DNA of 64,000 nt from Neodothiora populina (taxonomy: Eukaryota): assembly GCF_041146345.1 (NCBI RefSeq), contig NW_027191410.1, positions 992,001 through 1,056,000 of the forward strand, written 5' to 3'. Below are positions 60,527-64,000 of the stretch, piece after piece; the stretch's first letter is position 1, and each line of letters starts with the position of its first letter. The notes below the pieces were generated by a model that saw only the letters and a list, made by a program, of their open reading frames with translations, searched no databases and was not told the origin of the DNA. The position numbers and the translations under genes are program-made.

Positions 60527-63031
60527 ATGCCGGTTCAGTCCACACTAAGACACAGCGACGACCCGCTGAGTCAACTCATCAATCAATACCTAGACCGCGT
60601 GAGGTCACGGGCAAAGTCAACATCCAAGACTACTCGACTCATCGCGGCGTTGCTCCTAACTCTGTCACTTACTGGCAGCAGCTATGGCATCTTCAACACG
60701 TGGAGGCGGCGACGAAAAGAGAAGGAGGAGGGTCGTCGACTGCTGAGACGAAACTCTGGGGTCCGTGGCAAAGACGGCTCTCGCACCATCTTCGTGCCTT
60801 ACAGAGACACTACATCCAAAGTAACAATCCATCCGACAAAGGCAACTACATTCGACGCACATAGACGTCTTTTCCTTCAACCTCCCCGCGCTGCAGGCTT
60901 GAGTGATAGCGGGATCCCGCAAGTGCCTCCAGCAAACACTCGACCAGGCCTGAACTTGGCCTTTTTACATCAGTTCCTGAGTCTGCTCAATATATTGATT
61001 CCTCGATGGGGCAGCAAGGAGACCGGGCTGTTGTTCAGTCACGGTGTTTTCTTGCTGCTGCGTACCTATCTGAGTCTTGTAGTAGCAAGACTGGACGGTC
61101 AGATTGTGCGAGATCTGGTCGGAGGACGAGGCAAGAACTTCATGCTGGGAATACTGAAGTGGCTCACCGTTGGCGCTTTCGCAAGTTACACCAATAGCAT
61201 GATCAAGTTCTTGCAGTCCAAAGTCAGCATCGCCTTTCGAACACGCTTGACCCGCTATATTCACGATCTCTATCTCAACGAAGGCCTGAACTTCTATAAG
61301 CTCAATAATCTAGATGGTGGAGTGGGTGCTCAAGCAGATCAGTTCATCACTCAAGACTTGACCCTGTTTTGTGACTCGGCCGCAAGCTTGTATTCGAACC
61401 TAGGCAAACCTCTGGTTGACCTGGTGGTCTTCAACTTCCAGCTCTATCGCTCACTTGGACCGTTGGCTCTATCCGGCTTATTGGCCAACTATTTTGCTAC
61501 TGCTACCCTGCTTCGACGCCTGTCTCCGCCATTCGGGAAGCTCAAGGCTGTCGAAGGCAAGAGAGAAGGCGACTTTAGAGCTCTGCACGCGAGACTCATA
61601 GCCAATGCTGAAGAAGTCGCTTTCTATGGAGGCGATCAGATGGAGAAGGTCTTTCTCGACAAAGGTTTCCTAGAGCTGAAGCGATGGATGGAAGGTATCT
61701 ACTCCTTGAAGATCCGCTACAACATGCTAGAGGATTTTATTTTGAAGTACTCTTGGTCGGCTTTCGGATATCTAATCACCTCTCTTCCGGTATTCTTGCC
61801 TGCATGGGGTGGACTGGCCGATGCTCATACTTCAAAGGCCCTTGACGGAGCACTCACTCCGTCAGCTGCCGTTCTCGAGGCTGCAAGCGATGGCAATTCG
61901 AGCGGCAGCCGAACACAAGCCTTCATCACGAACAAGCGTCTTATGCTTTCGTTGGCAGATGCCGGAGGAAGGATGATGTACTCACTCAAAGACCTCTCTG
62001 AGCTCGCAGGCTACACCTCGCGCGTCTACACTCTGATCTCAACTCTTCACCGCGTCCAGGCCAACGCATACTATCCACAGCGCAACATCTATCCTGAACT
62101 CTACTCTCTTGCCGACGTCCAAGGCACCTTACACAAGGGTTTCGACGGCGTGCGATTCGAAGACGCACCGGTCGTCGCCCCGGGCCTCTACCCTTCGGGC
62201 GGAGAATCATTGATCGAGTCTCTTTCATTTGTCGTCTCACAAAACCAACATCTCCTAATCATCGGCCCCAACGGCGCAGGCAAATCAGCCGTCGCTCGCA
62301 TCCTAGCAGGGCTATGGCCAACCTACCGAGGACTCGTCTCTCGACCAAGACTAACAGGCCAAGACGGCATCGTGTTCCTCCCTCAACGACCCTATCTCAG
62401 TCCAGGCACACTACGAGACCAAGTCATATACCCGCACACGGAGCTAGAAATGCGCGAAGCCGGACGCACCGAAGACCGTGACCTGCTGCCAGTCCTGGAG
62501 GCGGCCAAACTAGGCTACCTGGTCGACCGCGAAGGTGGATGGGACACACGCAAAGAATGGAAAGACGTGCTGTCCGGCGGCGAGAAGCAACGCATGGGCT
62601 TCGCGCGCCTGCTCTACCACGAGCCCAAATACGTAGTCATCGACGAAGGCACGTCGGCCGTATCGAGTGACGTCGAGGGACTGCTGTACGAAACTCTCAA
62701 GGCGCGCGGCATGACGCTGCTTACCATCTCCACGCGCGCGAGTCTGAGACGCTATCACTCTTTCACGCTGACGCTGGGACTAGGCGATGAGGGGAATGAG
62801 TGGGAGATGCTGCGTATCGGAACAGAGGTCGAAAAGGAGGGGTTGGATAAGGAACTGGCGGAGCTGAGGGAGAGATTGGAAAAGGTCGAGGAGTGGAAGC
62901 AACGAAGAAGCGTCGTTGAGGAGGAGCTGAACAAGGTCTGGGTCAAGGGGAATGAGAAAGAGAAAGAGGTGCTTGCTCCGCCGCCGTATGTCGAGAGCGA
63001 GGAGACGACGGCGGCAGTGGTGGTTGAATGA
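60527..63031 (+). CDS. PXA1: Peroxisomal ABC transporter (ABCD family), Pxa1-type half transporter
   Basis: EAA-like motif NAEEVAFYGG, LAGYTSRV, Walker A GPNGAGKS, LPQRPYL..GTLRDQVIYP, signature LSGGEKQR, Walker B VIDEGTSAVS. Confidence 0.92.
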   Translation: MPVQSTLRHSDDPLSQLINQYLDRVRSRAKSTSKTTRLIAALLLTLSLTGSSYGIFNTWRRRRKEKEEGRRLLRRNSGVRGKDGSRTIFVPYRDTTSKVTIHPTKATTFDAHRRLFLQPPRAAGLSDSGIPQVPPANTRPGLNLAFLHQFLSLLNILIPRWGSKETGLLFSHGVFLLLRTYLSLVVARLDGQIVRDLVGGRGKNFMLGILKWLTVGAFASYTNSMIKFLQSKVSIAFRTRLTRYIHDLYLNEGLNFYKLNNLDGGVGAQADQFITQDLTLFCDSAASLYSNLGKPLVDLVVFNFQLYRSLGPLALSGLLANYFATATLLRRLSPPFGKLKAVEGKREGDFRALHARLIANAEEVAFYGGDQMEKVFLDKGFLELKRWMEGIYSLKIRYNMLEDFILKYSWSAFGYLITSLPVFLPAWGGLADAHTSKALDGALTPSAAVLEAASDGNSSGSRTQAFITNKRLMLSLADAGGRMMYSLKDLSELAGYTSRVYTLISTLHRVQANAYYPQRNIYPELYSLADVQGTLHKGFDGVRFEDAPVVAPGLYPSGGESLIESLSFVVSQNQHLLIIGPNGAGKSAVARILAGLWPTYRGLVSRPRLTGQDGIVFLPQRPYLSPGTLRDQVIYPHTELEMREAGRTEDRDLLPVLEAAKLGYLVDREGGWDTRKEWKDVLSGGEKQRMGFARLLYHEPKYVVIDEGTSAVSSDVEGLLYETLKARGMTLLTISTRASLRRYHSFTLTLGLGDEGNEWEMLRIGTEVEKEGLDKELAELRERLEKVEEWKQRRSVVEEELNKVWVKGNEKEKEVLAPPPYVESEETTAAVVVE

Positions 63032-63408
63032 GTAGGTGGTGGGTTATGCGTGCATGATGGATATTTCAATGACCTTTTCTCTTTCGCCTTTCTGTTCTTG
63101 TATATCTCATGACTCTCTTTCTTCAGTCTTCCAGTCGTCAAAAGACAAAGACATGCCGATCCCACGACTTGAAATTCGCCACATTAGCAAAGACCTAATG
63201 CACTCATGTCGCAAAGTATGCAGTGAACACAAAACGTTGATCGCCCAAGGATCCAGTGAAAGTGATTGTCACGACCCAACAAACGAAAAGGATCCATTCA
63301 AACATTCAAACATTCAATTTTCATTCAATCTTCTCCCATCTTCCACCCGCTAATCCCATCTACAGAAGAAGAGACAGAAAAGGGGTTGCAAAGATGAACG
63401 GAAGAGAT

Positions 63409-63741
63409 CTACTGCGCCTGATGCGCCTTGACAGCCTCCCAGAGCTTAGGATCCTGCTCAACGCGCACCTCGGGCGTCGAGTCGTCGACGAGCTCTCCCA
63501 GACGACGAAGGTCCATGTCCTTGGCCAACAATGGGATCACGTACTTGTCGAAGGTTTGCCAGTAGGGGTTGTTCAGGTGGTATTGTTGGGACTTTTTGAA
63601 GGGGGAGGGGCTGTTAGTTGATGCTGGGAGGAAGGGGGAAGATGGGGGGAGTGCGAGGAGCGAAACTTACGGATTCGTGCAGATATCTCTCGACAATGGT
63701 GAAGGCGCGAGGGTCCTTGAAGTCGCGCATTGTGAGCCTGG
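63409..63741 (-). CDS. ABM-like (dimeric alpha-beta barrel) small protein, last two exons; 5' end lies beyond the window
   Basis: LTMRDFKDPRAFTIVERYLHES|SQQYHLNNPYWQTFDKYVIPLLAKDMDLRR...AHQAQ*, matching the ABM pattern DP..F.IVE.Y......HL..P.. with a GTAAGT donor. Confidence 0.7.
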
Positions 63742-64000
63742 TTGGGGGAGAGATGGTTAGTTGGTGGGTTTTTTGAGATTGTTGAGATCTCTCTTCATGG
63801 ATGAGTGATGCAAAGTGCTTGAGTTTGGTTCTTGTGCGAGCAAGCAAAGAACACAATGGTCGCTCGCTTTTGCTCTATACCATCTCTTGCTTTCCTCCCA
63901 TGCGCATTATAAGTAAAGCCTTGCCGTTGTTTTTAGAACGGCGGCCATTGGCTTCTTTCAATGCATTTGAGATTAATTGAAGGAAAGCAGGAGACGCAGA

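Noticed and set aside
1..64000. tRNA, rRNA or CRISPR arrays
   Set aside because: GGTTCGA-like hits (for example near 15277, 17404 and 19777) lie in CDS or introns with no cloverleaf. No repeat-spacer arrays; the sequence is eukaryotic.

Overview
Gene-dense genomic DNA from a filamentous ascomycete (Pezizomycotina, plausibly Dothideomycetes; the taxon is inferred from intron style and protein similarity only). It carries about 25 intron-containing protein-coding genes, mostly housekeeping: uS11m, TIM44, an I78 protease inhibitor, PCD, PDB1, ANP1, a GEA/GBF1 Arf-GEF, SYF1, VMA8, U1A, two MFS transporters, GH125, FIG4, a Myb-like protein, EXO84, TOM20, IPK2/ARG82, La-Arb1, a Zn2Cys6 transcription factor, PXA1 and an ABM-domain protein. 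An accessory-looking island at about 11.8-20.1 kb holds a 5'-truncated NB-ARC/TPR NLR, an AsaB/CmcJ-like oxidase, a spliced 77-aa smORF, a CorA-like membrane protein and an orphan. The most striking observation is in the U1A gene: its first intron begins with a perfect 8-bp hairpin whose 10-nt loop (AUUGCACAUC, C-G closing pair) matches the U1A-binding loop of U1 snRNA stem-loop II, and whose 5' arm is the 5' splice site itself. This suggests a splicing-level U1A autoregulatory switch. Also noted: recurrent intergenic motifs (AAGGTAAGGT, TACAGTA), two GC-AG introns, microexons and a structured PDB1 intron. No tRNA, rRNA, CRISPR or recognisable transposase was seen. Gene models were assembled by eye and all family assignments come from motif recognition, not database searches.
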